A DNA stretch of 64,000 bases, taken from Utricularia gibba. Its lineage: Eukaryota > Plantae > Magnoliophyta. Within the stretch, counting starts at the first letter, position 1. Every line of letters begins with the position of its first letter. The stretch covers positions 2,480,001-2,544,000 of the forward strand of contig NEEC01000008.1 of the NCBI GenBank assembly GCA_002189035.1, given 5' to 3'. The notes below the pieces were generated by a model. The model was not told the origin of the DNA. It was given only the letters and a program-made list of their open reading frames with translations, and made no database searches. Positions 11,475-22,936 of this stretch are shown here, piece by piece. Both the position numbers and the translations under genes were made by a program.

Positions 11475-14400
11475 TTATTTTCCAGGCGAAGCGAACCTTA
11501 ATTTCTCTCTTTGCCTGTTAGAAATTCGATCCTTGGGAGATGATCCTTTGGCAGCCCCCGCCTGACGCATGCGCTCTGTAATTTGAGATTTGATGAAGCT
11601 CTGAGGTATTGGGAACAGGGAAGCAATATATCGGATGATAACAGTTCATGCAAAGTAAAAAACTAACACAAAAACAAAATTAAAAAAAATGAAATTGAGA
11701 GCATTCGCATAAAATGGAAATAAAATGCATAATCAAACATTATCTAGTTTAGTAGAGGAAGCAGAAATCGAAGGAACAAAAAAGGTAAGTTCTACATTCA
11801 AACTGAGACATAGACTGAACAGTATGAAGCGAGGACAAGGCCGCTCACTGTGGCTGTTTATGGAAACATAAAATCTATCACAATTCATTAAATTCTGCCT
11901 AATATTCTAAGGTGATTCATACGATGCATACACTTTGTAGCTTAGTAGTACACCACTGGTCAAATTTGTTTTTCGAGGAAGCCCAAAAAGACCAGGAGAA
12001 TGAGCCTTTAGCTTTGAACACAGTAAAAGTTAATCGAAACTAAGATACCTACACAGAGGCTGTGGTAGGATTACTGAGTCTACCAAAAGGATTCCATGGA
12101 AACTTGCAATCGTTTACATCAAGTGTTCTAAAACTATATTCATATGCGCACATTCATAAGCATGTATGAGAAAAAAGAAGACACTAGCATTGCAAAATGA
12201 AATTCTATATAACTTGCCTCTAGTTCGTTCAAGCTCTTCCGCAAGCTCTTCCTTCCATCTCCTCTGTATCTCAGAGAGCCTAGAACTACGAGGGAGACAA
12301 CATTATAATCTAACCACAGGATGATGCTTTGATGACAATTACATAAGAATGGTATCCGCATACCTAGGAGTATGTGGCTCATTTGGAGAATCAAGCCCTT
12401 CTTTAAACTCCAGAGGAGCCTGAAAGTTGACATCATCACCATTTGGTATCTGTTTAGAGCAACATCCTGGACTAGAGGTGGGCTCAGAATTGATTACGGT
12501 AGAAAACCTTCTACTTCCCACTATATTTGGAGACCCACTTTTTGGAGGCAAATTCCAATTGCTTGATACATTTTCAGGATTGCTAACACCTAGCGGACTT
12601 GGAGAACCCACAACATTTAATGATTTGTAGAAATCATATAGAGGAGTTTGCAGTTTCTTCAATTCCAAAGCCTACAGGAGTAACAGTGCATAAGCTTGAA
12701 TTAGATTCCACAAATTAGTCAAAAGATAAACCAGTAGAAAAAGAGTTTAATGGAACTGCTGGCAATATATCTGAAGAAAAGATTCAGAACCTTGGCATTA
12801 ATAATTTCCTCAGAAAATATGGCTTCACATTTCCAAGATTATATGTCACGAAACCTTTTTAAACCTGATAAAAAACCATAAGAACCTACTTTTTCCTCCA
12901 GAAATGCTCGTATTCTTGCTTCAGTTTCATCATCATCTTCTTCAGGTGCTGTTGTCCCTCTTCCCAATGCAGATCCATAACCGATCTGGCAAGAAGCTAG
13001 AGAACTAGTCCTAGGCTCGATATTTTGACTGTAACTAAAGTCAGCTCCACATTTGGTTAACATGGAATTTCCATCGAATTTGCATAGGTTTTCATCATCC
13101 GGGTCACTCACGGGATTAAAACTCTACATAAGACCATGCAGGCTACGGTTGGTATTCACAAGATCTAAAATGATTCAAGACAGTTTAGATCCGAAACTTA
13201 CATGATTGCAGTCAAAAGGAAATGAATTATCGGCCAGCTTTGTGAATGAGCTAGTCACAAGATCATCTGTATCATCAATACGACACATATCATCATCAAA
13301 GTTAACGGGTTGCCACAGAGATTCTTGATCGGAGAGCTTTGCAGGATAAACAGCAGGGCTTCTGGTATCAGCCAAAACATCGATATCCTTTATAACATTT
13401 CCACAACTATTGGGCATATGCTTTCCATAACTTCCCTGTTCATCCAGATGTTAAGCTCATTAAGGTGTGTTCGCTAGTGCTCAGAGAATACAAGCCACAG
13501 TAGTAGAGAGGCATTTCCTAACCATGTGTGTTGAGTGGTCCTGGCCTTTTCCAGTTACAAACGGATGCTGCAAAAGCAGTTAAGAAAAATGAAAACTGTG
13601 AATGAAACAATTGCCAGAAAAAACACGTGCACACAAACAATGGCACATTTTCGTCGTGCAGCAACATTTCCTTCAAGACCAAGCACTTTTAATTACCTTT
13701 AGCAACTCTGAAGCAGTAGGCCTCAATTCTGGCTCCCTGGAAAAATTTATCCCGTTCAATATGAAGAAAGTTGATGTGAAAATATAAGATTTTGGATAGC
13801 ATAATCATTCTTTTGAAGAAAGTCACACCTATAATCCAAAATTTATAGATAAAGGAACGAAAACATACTTCTGCAAGCATTTTAACAAGAAGTCCTTTGC
13901 TTCATTAGAAAGATGATCTGGTATAGGTGGATGAGATTTGGTTGTCCCGACATAAAATAGAGCAGCAACCTATCATAGTGCATCCAACTATCATAATATC
14001 AATTGATGCACATCATCGACAATGACAACTGCTTAGCAGCTGACAAGACAAAACGACAAATCATAAAGAATCAATTTAACAAATTAAACAGCACTACTAA
14101 TAAGTCGATCAAACCTCTTGATACTGCTGGCTCCAAGGAGCCTTTCCAGTGGCCATTTCAATTACAGTGCATCCAACACTCCATATATCTGCTGAGCTGA
14201 AAGATTTAGATTGAGCAGCTAATCAAGCTTTGAAAAGTAAAAAACTCAAGGTACAATAGAAAGACTTTAACTGGAATATTGTTTGCAATTATTGGGCACA
14301 AAGATTATTCTTTTGATCCTAACGTTACAACACATAGCAATCATAGATACCAAATTAAAACATGAAGGAAAACTGTGGTATGTTATCCTAAGTTTTGTCT

Positions 14401-16551
14401 TCAATATCTTAGCAAGGGCGAGTAATACATCTATTTCATCTTGACCTTATTGTTTTGATGCATGGATATATCCAAAACAGAATTATGTTGCAAACATAAA
14501 GATATTAGCCTAAAATAAGTTTTGTATGAGGGCCCATTAAAAGCACTGAAAATAGCAATACCAAAACAGAAACAACAAGAGATTAGCCAATTGAGAAAGT
14601 GCACAAACGGAAGTCTAGAGAACAGAAGAAAACAATGATAGCATCTCCAGATTCAAGAATTTTGTAGACGCATTCAACTTACTAACTGTGGCCACTTTGA
14701 ACAATGACTTCAGGTGCCATCCAGTATGGTGTTCCCTTCATTGACTTGGCACCGGTAATGGTGGCCTGAAGATGCATTTAATTCATATTATCCTCGGCAT
14801 AGTGGAGACCAAGAGCTCAGTGAGAGACAGAAATATTAGTACCAATGCTTCAACTTTCTTGGATGCTCCAAAATCAGCAAGCTTAATGCAACCCTTATTA
14901 TCGACAAGAATATTTGCTCCCTGAAGTAGCAACATAACACCCATATCTGAGCATGTGAAGGCTTTTAAGAAAATATCAAACTCGCTGCATCTGTAGCTTG
15001 TTTTTTCATTGTTTTTGCGTGTGTGTATATTTAGGACAACAGAGCATTGCTGTTTGGCACTCCTTTAATGATGCCTTTTCAGGCAAGTAAATCATTTCTA
15101 CCACTTCAAAGAAACTGCAATGATACTGGTAGATGTGTATGAAATATAATGTGATTGAATTTAACCTTCACCATAAATATAATAAAAAGCCTACGTGGTA
15201 ATAAATGGAGTTTTTGAAGGCGAACAGCATAATTTATGATAAAATGTTTTGAAATAAAAGCACAGCCAAAAGAAGAAAAATATTTAAATCGACGGAATAA
15301 CCTTGATGTCACGATGCATAATTTTGTTTGAGTGCAGGTACTCCAGTCCCAGCAACAACTGTTTTGTGTACATTCTAATAACCTAGCATATTCAATTGTG
15401 AGAAAAAAAATCAAATGCGATCCCATATTGCAGTATTTTCACCTAAAAAAAACGCAACCCATATTTGAAATTGACAGTGACATGCAAGATGTATCACCAC
15501 CATGTTTGACTTTACAAATACTAACATGAAATAGCTAATCGCTTACAGATTCAGGGAAAAACCCAAATTTTCCCAAAAGGGATGAAATAGACCCCCCTGG
15601 CACGAATTCCAGTAGTATATTAAGAGAATCCACCTCTCTTGCTGTCCCTAAGTATCTCTGCAAACAGGATAAGATACAGTTAGATCATAAACTAAAATGC
15701 AACACATGAAATTGAAGCTTTAAAAAGTTTTCTTACAACAATGTTTGGATGTGAAAGATTTTTCAGCAGATTCACTTCTTTCTCAAGCTCCATTATATAC
15801 TCCTGATGAATTCATTGCACCAAATTTCTCGTGATGTAATCAAATGATAAAAAAAGTAATGAACCACTCCCGAGCCAGAAAAACCAGTTGCATAATTAGT
15901 TCATGATGGCAAGGAATTTGATAAAGAAGTGGATGAATATGGAAAGAGACAGACAAGTAGAAGAACGTGCAATTACTTGTGTCTTATTCGATGTACCCTT
16001 AGCAGCAATTGAGACCTGCGTTAAGAAGAATAACAGCACCCATAATCAACTGATACTTTTCAGTCAGCTAAATAAGCACACTACGAGAATAAAAAAAAAA
16101 AAAAGAACCTCCTTCACGGCAAGCAATTCGCCAGAATCGAGGTTCATCCCCATGTGAACTCTTCCAAACGCGCCACAACCAATCAACTCCCCCTTCCTCC
16201 ACCGAATTGGAGGAGGCAAGCTGTCGACTTCCTTCTTCGAATGCTCATACTCCACAGTCTTCGAAGTCAACACAATCGCATCCTTGTCTAATGCCCTGGG
16301 CGGCTCATCAACGGTAACCCCTTCCATCGGCGGCAGTTGCTCCTCCTCGAGAGGCGTCAGATTCTTCCTCGCACACCGCGGAGGTGTGTCAATCCGCGGA
16401 AGCACGTGCATAGGAGGCTTAGTGAAGATTCCGATTCTCGATTTTCGAATACTCGATCCTATTCTATCCACGAAACCCCGAATCCGGTAGACTCCTCTCC
16501 TGGGAGTTTGTAAACCAGCGATTTCCTAACGGAGCCAATGAACTCCTGCAT
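11475..16551 (-). CDS. NPK1: NPK1/ANP-type MAP kinase kinase kinase, 16 exons; one frameshift in exon 1 as sequenced
   Basis: Start [15 protein letters not shown] at 16551. Kinase motifs [31 protein letters not shown] and [10 protein letters not shown]-terminal [20 protein letters not shown] and QRRWKEEL, ending LRFASPGK at 11475. Exons were traced at splice sites; one donor is GC. Confidence 0.93.
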
Positions 16552-17056
16552 CGCCAATCTCAGAAGACGAGAGTAAAAAACGGTAAAGTGAGCGAATGGA
16601 GTCCAGAAGACGAACACCGATGGGAGGAGAGGGAAACGAAGGGTTTGAAATTCAATTTATTTACAATTGAGCCCTGAAAATTTACAAATTGTTATTTCGG
16701 CCCCCACAGAATTTCGATTTTCGACCCTTCAACATCCAAATTGTTACTAATTGGTGGAAAATCTTTTTTCAAAATAAAGTAACCGAAATATTAGACAATG
16801 ACAATTTTTTAAAAAGAAGAAACATAATATTAATTTATTTTTTAACTAATATCTTTATTCAAAGTGTTATTTAAAAAAAAATTCACGTTATTTTTATAAT
16901 TTAATAATAATTTTAAATTAAACTTTTCTACGATGAATTGAACTGCATTCACTAATTTTTAATATTTATCATAAAATACAAAATTATTTAAATTAAATTT
17001 TTCTACAATGAAAGTGTACGGAACAAATGACATCCTGCGACTAGGAATGATGCTAC

Positions 17057-18709
17057 TCAACTAGGAATCAGTGCAGTTGCAGCTACTTTCCCCTTGGCTC
17101 CTCCCATTCTCACTCTGAGTTGCTTCACATCATCCCACCTTTCTCCAGTAGCGTACACGTTGGACAACATCACTTTATATCTACACTTGTCCAAATCATC
17201 TACACAGAGATGCTTCTCTATCTCCGGGAGCAAATCAGAGTTGGGATGGTAATCACAGCAGGACAAAAGAGCACCCCATAGGCTGCAATCCGCTGTGTCT
17301 GGTAAGGATTTTATCAGATCATAAGCTTCTCGGATCTCGCCATTCATCCCAAGAAGCTTCACCATGTAAACATAATGCTGGGTTTCGGGCAGAATCCTGA
17401 ATTCTTCTGTCATTCTTCGGAAATACTCTCTGCTTTCGCTAACCAGCCCAGAATGGCAGCAAGCAGAAAGAAGCCCGGAGAAGGTGGTTCCATCTGGTTT
17501 GAGTCCCTGCCCAATCATATCATCCAATAGTTTGAATGCTTTAGAGGCATGACCATATAAACCGAGATTCGAGATCATTATATTGTATGAAACAACATTT
17601 TCTCGCGGCATGAGATTGAATACACTCATAGCTGAATTCAAGAATCCACATTTTCCATACATGTCAACAAGGGCAGAGGCGACTGGAGCCTCTGAGCTGC
17701 ATCTGTGTCTCACAGCATAGCCATGTATCTCAATTCCCGGTCTCAGAATTGGGACTTGAGCAGATGCTGAAAGTGCCCGAGCAAGAAGAACTGAATCTGG
17801 CCTTCCCCCTTCGGTTAGCATTTCCCTGAAGAGCATCAAGGCCTTGACATGATATCCAGCCTCAGATAAACCAATTATCATTGCAGACCAGGACACAAAA
17901 TCAGGTTTACGTAAATTGCGAAAAATTTCCCATGCTGAATCTATTCTCCCAAATTTCAAATACATACTCACAATTGAACTAACCACATGATCATTCAAAA
18001 TCAAACCATATCTTACACAAAAGCCAAAGATCATTTCACCAACGATAACAAAATCCTGATAAGGTAGGCCGACATTCAATGCAACCATTGTACGCTCATC
18101 AGGCCGAATTCCCTTATGTTGCATTGAAACAAACAACTGGATCCCACTCTTCCAATCCCGACAACTACAATAACCAGAGATCATTGCATTCAACAATACT
18201 AAATCGGGTTTATCAATACCCTGAAAGACATGTATGGCTTCACCAACCAAACTCAGCTTGGAATAACACCTTACAAACGTACTGGCACAAACTAAATCAT
18301 GTCCAAATCCATAAGTAATAGAACTGCAATGTACCTTTCTCAAAGAGTTGACATCCAATACATCTGCACAAGCCCGTGCAAGACATGCAAAAGTATGACT
18401 ATCTGGGTTAACATCAGAGCCCAGAAGACTTTTAAATTGCACAAAAGCATGCTTAAACATATGTGCACGTGCATAGCCTCTAATGATGCTGTTCCATAGA
18501 TAAACAGTTCGCTGAGAACTCACCTCAAATAGGCAGCGGCCAGTTTCGATATCGTTGTTAGAGGCATAAAACGCAACAACTTTAGTTACGTAAAAGGGGT
18601 TGCCACAGAGACAGCTCTTCATCATCAACCCATGGAGAATTCGTGTTGTCGGGAGGGATTGATTGGGCTTTGTGAGTTCCCGACAAAGTGATTTCAGAAT
18701 GATGTTCAT
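17057..18709 (-). CDS. PLS/E-class pentatricopeptide repeat protein (At1g64310-like), intronless, no DYW domain
   Basis: A single ORF with PPR motifs (LWNSIIRGYA, SALVDMYGKCG, VSYNIMIS, TFSGLLSACCHSG, HYVYMVKLLG, WGALLSCC, VMLSNVYA...RWDDV). The first ATG is at 18709. Confidence 0.92.
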   Translation of the reverse strand: MNIILKSLCRELTKPNQSLPTTRILHGLMMKSCLCGNPFYVTKVVAFYASNNDIETGRCLFEVSSQRTVYLWNSIIRGYARAHMFKHAFVQFKSLLGSDVNPDSHTFACLARACADVLDVNSLRKVHCSSITYGFGHDLVCASTFVRCYSKLSLVGEAIHVFQGIDKPDLVLLNAMISGYCSCRDWKSGIQLFVSMQHKGIRPDERTMVALNVGLPYQDFVIVGEMIFGFCVRYGLILNDHVVSSIVSMYLKFGRIDSAWEIFRNLRKPDFVSWSAMIIGLSEAGYHVKALMLFREMLTEGGRPDSVLLARALSASAQVPILRPGIEIHGYAVRHRCSSEAPVASALVDMYGKCGFLNSAMSVFNLMPRENVVSYNIMISNLGLYGHASKAFKLLDDMIGQGLKPDGTTFSGLLSACCHSGLVSESREYFRRMTEEFRILPETQHYVYMVKLLGMNGEIREAYDLIKSLPDTADCSLWGALLSCCDYHPNSDLLPEIEKHLCVDDLDKCRYKVMLSNVYATGERWDDVKQLRVRMGGAKGKVAATALIPS

Positions 18710-18780
18710 TAACTGAGAAAGGAAAGGTGATAACTTGAACAAAAAACCTCATAGCATATCAATTATCAACTCAGATTCAA

Positions 18781-19112
18781 CACCATTCATAGGTCCTCAG
18801 AACAAAATTGTACGCATATGTGACGAGATTAGGTTTGTGTCCTGTTACTCGTTCCCCGGTTCCATTGAAACTGCCTACGGCTGAAAGCATGTTGGCTGCT
18901 ACACTCTCGAAGCCCTATTTCACTTCATCACCAATCAGCCCCTCTCTTGGATAGGAAGAATCTCCTCGATTACCTCACCAGAAAAGTTCAAACTTCCGCC
19001 TCCGTCATTCCTTTCGATTTTCCGCCTCCGCCGCAATATTCATGCATCTCAAATTTCCACCGCCCGCAGAGTAGACGCTGTTTCCGAGTCCGAATGCTGA
19101 TGCGGGTAGTTT
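18781..19112 (+). pseudogene. Decayed partial tandem copy of CDC73 exon 1
   Basis: Aligns by eye to 19277-19669. Shared blocks include ACAAAATTG, GAAGCCCTATTTCACTTCATCACCAA, TTGGATAGGAAGAATCT and AATGCTGATGCGGGTAGTTT. It has a ~60 nt internal deletion, an in-frame TGA and no start codon. Confidence 0.9.
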
Positions 19113-19247
19113 TCTAGGGATTTAAAGTTTCAAGCAAACTGTAATTAACAGTGTTTATATATTTCTTTTTCTATTTTATATATTTTTAAAAATCAGGGAA
19201 CTGTAGAGAAGAGAGAGAGAGCTTGGGGTTCTACCGGCGATTTTGCA

Positions 19248-20940
19248 ATGGATCCGCTGAGCCTTCTCCGGGAGTACACAATTCAGAAGTCTCTGGACAA
19301 AATTGTTCGCGTGGGGGACGAGATCAAGTTTGGGTCTCGTTACTCTTTCCCGGCAGCCATTGAAACATTCTATTGCTCAAAGCACGTTGGCCGCTACACT
19401 CTGGAAGCCCTATTTCACTTCATCACCAACCAGCACCTCAAGCACACTGATTACCTTCAGAATGCCACCTCCCTTCGTATTCCTGCTGTCACTTTTTTGG
19501 ATAGGAAGAATCTTCTCGATTACCTCACCGGAAAAGTCCAAACTTCCGCCTCCGTCGTTCCTTTTGATTTGCCGCCTCCGCCGCAAAACATTCACTCATC
19601 TAAAATCTCTAACGCCAGCAGCGTAGACCCTGCTCCCGAATCCGAGACCAATGCTGATGCGGGTAGTTTGGAGGCTGGAACCAACGTAATGGAGATGATT
19701 TTGGCCAAGGAGAAGCCGATAAAGGATAGGGATGCAATGCTGCTGGCTTTTAAGAAGCGGGATTTCTACAGTGTCTTAACTGCAGCTTTGAAACGGGACG
19801 AGGAGAGGCAAAAGCTAGAAGCTTTACAGAGAACAGACAATATTGTGGCGAAGAACAGAATTGAGAGCAGAGGATTTGGTGAGGAGGTTACAAAAATGCG
19901 CAAGACTGGAGAAGGCGTTCCAATTATTTTGGTCCCAAGCGCGTTTGCGACTCTTATCACTATATATAATGTCAAAGAATTTTTGGAGGATGGGGTATTT
20001 ATTCCGACAGATGTGAAGCTGAAGCAGATGAAAGGGGGGCAGAAGCCTGATTGTGTAACCGTCCATAAGAAGTTCAGCAGGGATCGAGTGGCTGCAGCCT
20101 ATGAGGTTCGAGACAAGCCTTCAGCTCTTAAAACAGATGACTGGGATCGTGTTGTTGCAGTATTTGTGCTTGGAAAAGAATGGCAATTCAAAGACTGGCC
20201 CTTCAAGGATCATGTGGAGATCTTCAATAAGAGTGAGTTGTTCCGCTTTTGTCTTCCGTTTTTTAGAATTTTGGTAGGGAATGGTTCCTTCAGGCTTTGA
20301 TTTGTGATAATAACTTAAAAGTTATACTACGGTTACAGGTTAGAAGTTGCTTTCTGTTTTTTTGTGTGTGTGTGTAATGACATGCTTTTCATATGCTTTT
20401 GAACTAATATTGTTGGTAATTTCCGTATGAACGGAACTGAAGCCAGACTATTCGAAGTAATGGCTTATATGCTTGGTTGGCCAGGGTTTGAATCCAAGTA
20501 TTTGCATGAAAAGTGTGGAAAAGAAAGGCAGCTGAATCTTTCTAAATGCAGCATTTAGCAAAAGAAAAAAAAGAAAAAGACAATCAGAAATCTGATTTGG
20601 TGTCTTTCTTGTTACTGATGCGTACATGACTTGTGGGTAGGTAGACCATGTTGCTGATCTGTGCTTTTTTACTTCACTATAGTTCTTGGGTTTTACTTGC
20701 GCTTTGAGGATGACAGTGTTGAATCAGCAAAAACTGTAAAGCAGTGGAACGTGAAGATAATTTCAGTAAGCATAACCATCTCCGAGTTCTTTCATCAACT
20801 CTGTCTTTTGGTAATAGATTTGACTCTTATCTTTCACATTTGGATTGCAGATCAGCAAAAACAAACGCCACCAGGATAGGGCTGCAGCACTTGAGGTGTG
20901 GGATAAACTGGAAGAATTCATGCGGTCTCGACTGCGATAG
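19248..20940 (+). CDS. CDC73: CDC73/parafibromin homolog (PAF1 complex subunit, PHP), 3 exons: 19248-20232, 20683-20765, 20851-20940
   Basis: Begins MDPLSLLREY. Contains PIILVPSAF, NVKEFLEDG and DWDRVVAVFVLGKEWQFKDWP. Spliced end reads ILGFYLRFEDD...ISKNKRHQDRAAALEVWDKLEEF. Confidence 0.95.
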
Positions 20941-22936
20941 TAGGGTGAGAAAATTTTCTTCAAGAGATTTTCCCAAGTTAACTCTTTGAAATGCACTTTT
21001 TCTATACTGCACACTGACTCGCGTGCCTTCTTATTTGAGCCACAACAGTTCAATGTTTTTCTTATGGAATCCGCCTTCATCATCGTTTGGGTGCATCTTT
21101 ATTTTGAGTAAAAGCTATGGTAAAAAAAATAATAATTCTCACTTGGAGTGCCCATTTCAAGGGAATGAATCAGGAACCGAAGTTGTAGGTTTGTTCCCAC
21201 ATTTCTGCGAAGCATGCCATCTTACTTGTTTACTTTGAGCTGGATAAATAAAGTCATTACTCTTCCCAAGTGGAAATTCAGCCAATCTTCTCCCTCTATA
21301 CTTACTTGTAAGGCATCTGGAACATTTCTCGCAGGCGAGGCAGTCATCCTGTTGGTTTGACTAATACCAAGCATGCTGCACATGTCACTTGAAGAGAAAC
21401 TGCCCACAGATTGAAAGACTACAGGTAGGCTCCAAGGGGGCTCGCTTGTGTGTACATGCAGCTGAAACAAAGGTCGACTTAGTGCACTTAGAAGACTTCT
21501 CTCCAGTGACTGGATGACCTGGGCGATTAAAAGAATTGGCCCCTTCATCAAGGTAGCCTAGTAGTTAGTATGAGAATGTTTTCAAAGGTTGTTTAGTAGC
21601 CAAAATGAACAACATACTCAATGATACTTCAACCAGGCAGAGACCATGTCAATTTACATCAGCATTCCTGAACTTTTCCTCTTTATTCCTTGGCAAAGTT
21701 TCTCGGCATTTTGTTCTCTCAATGGCAACTCATCCTAGTTGCGAAACTTGATGCTCATATGCTGGTTGACATCTTCTCCTTCTGAAAATAATTTTTCACT
21801 GTGAGCCATGGTTTTCTAACCTTGTTAGGCAAAGGCCATTTATAAAAATGGTAATTCATACACTTATTTCTCACATATTAAATTAAAATATTATATTACA
21901 GGTGGATAATTTTCTCATACACTTTTTGATACATGATCAAATTTATAATTCATCCAAAACATTTCATATGGTTACTCCCATGATTCTATTTGAAAATAGC
22001 CATGTTTTGCGTGAACACATGTGACAATTAACATGACATAAATTACACTATAAAGTATGATAATGGACTAAAAATGATTCATAACGTGAGTAATGTTACA
22101 TAAAAATGAAAAAAATTGAATATATCTTGTAAAATATTATTAGATCGAATATAATTAAATTGTTAATAATTTAATATGCTTTTTTATAATAGATTAAAAT
22201 AAATAATCTATATGACAGCTCAGAATCTCCCATATAATGAGATTTTATTATATTTATATATCTAATTTTTTTAGGGAGGAGCGCCGTAATATTTTCTTAG
22301 GACCGTAGGGTGAGTCAAACTCTAAAGTCAACATTGAAGATGACCAAATTATTGCCCCTTGAACCTACGCTTCCAAAATATTTTAATATAATATTATATT
22401 TGCGCAGCTCTACTAACCTACACATTTTATTTGGTGTACGTTATACTATTATTTATTTTTTGTGTGTATTTACAAAGACATTCATTACAATAATCCCCAA
22501 AATAAAATTATTTATGTTTCTAATGCGAGGAGCATATTGGGAAAAAATTGTGGGGCGTAAAAGAATTTCTTTAAAAAGGCGGGGCAAATTTGGCAGGATT
22601 TTTTTTTCCGCGGATTTTCCAAGCTGTCTCTTACCAGCATTTCCTTAAACAAACAAATGTTAAATGTCTTGTCTTCCCTCCCAATCTCACTTCTAACGTT
22701 GCCCTTGCAATCCACATCCCATGGACAACAACTGCAGTAGCAGCAGGTGTATGTGATAGCGTTTGTGCGGTGCGCTCTTTTGCTTCTGGGTGGCGTCTCA
22801 CTCATGTATTAGAAGGTGAAGGGAGAAGGAAAACCTTTGAGTTCTTGAAGTTTCTTCACTTGTCGTTAGTTTTTTTCTGGTCATAGAAAGGAAATGATTC
22901 GGAGGGGAGAATGGAAGTGAGGATTCTGCAAGTAAT

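Noticed and set aside
11530-11553. GATCCTTTGGCA resembling the IPS1 miR399 target mimic
   Set aside because: It is only a 12-nt match, antisense to the last NPK1 exon, and the 5' half does not match.
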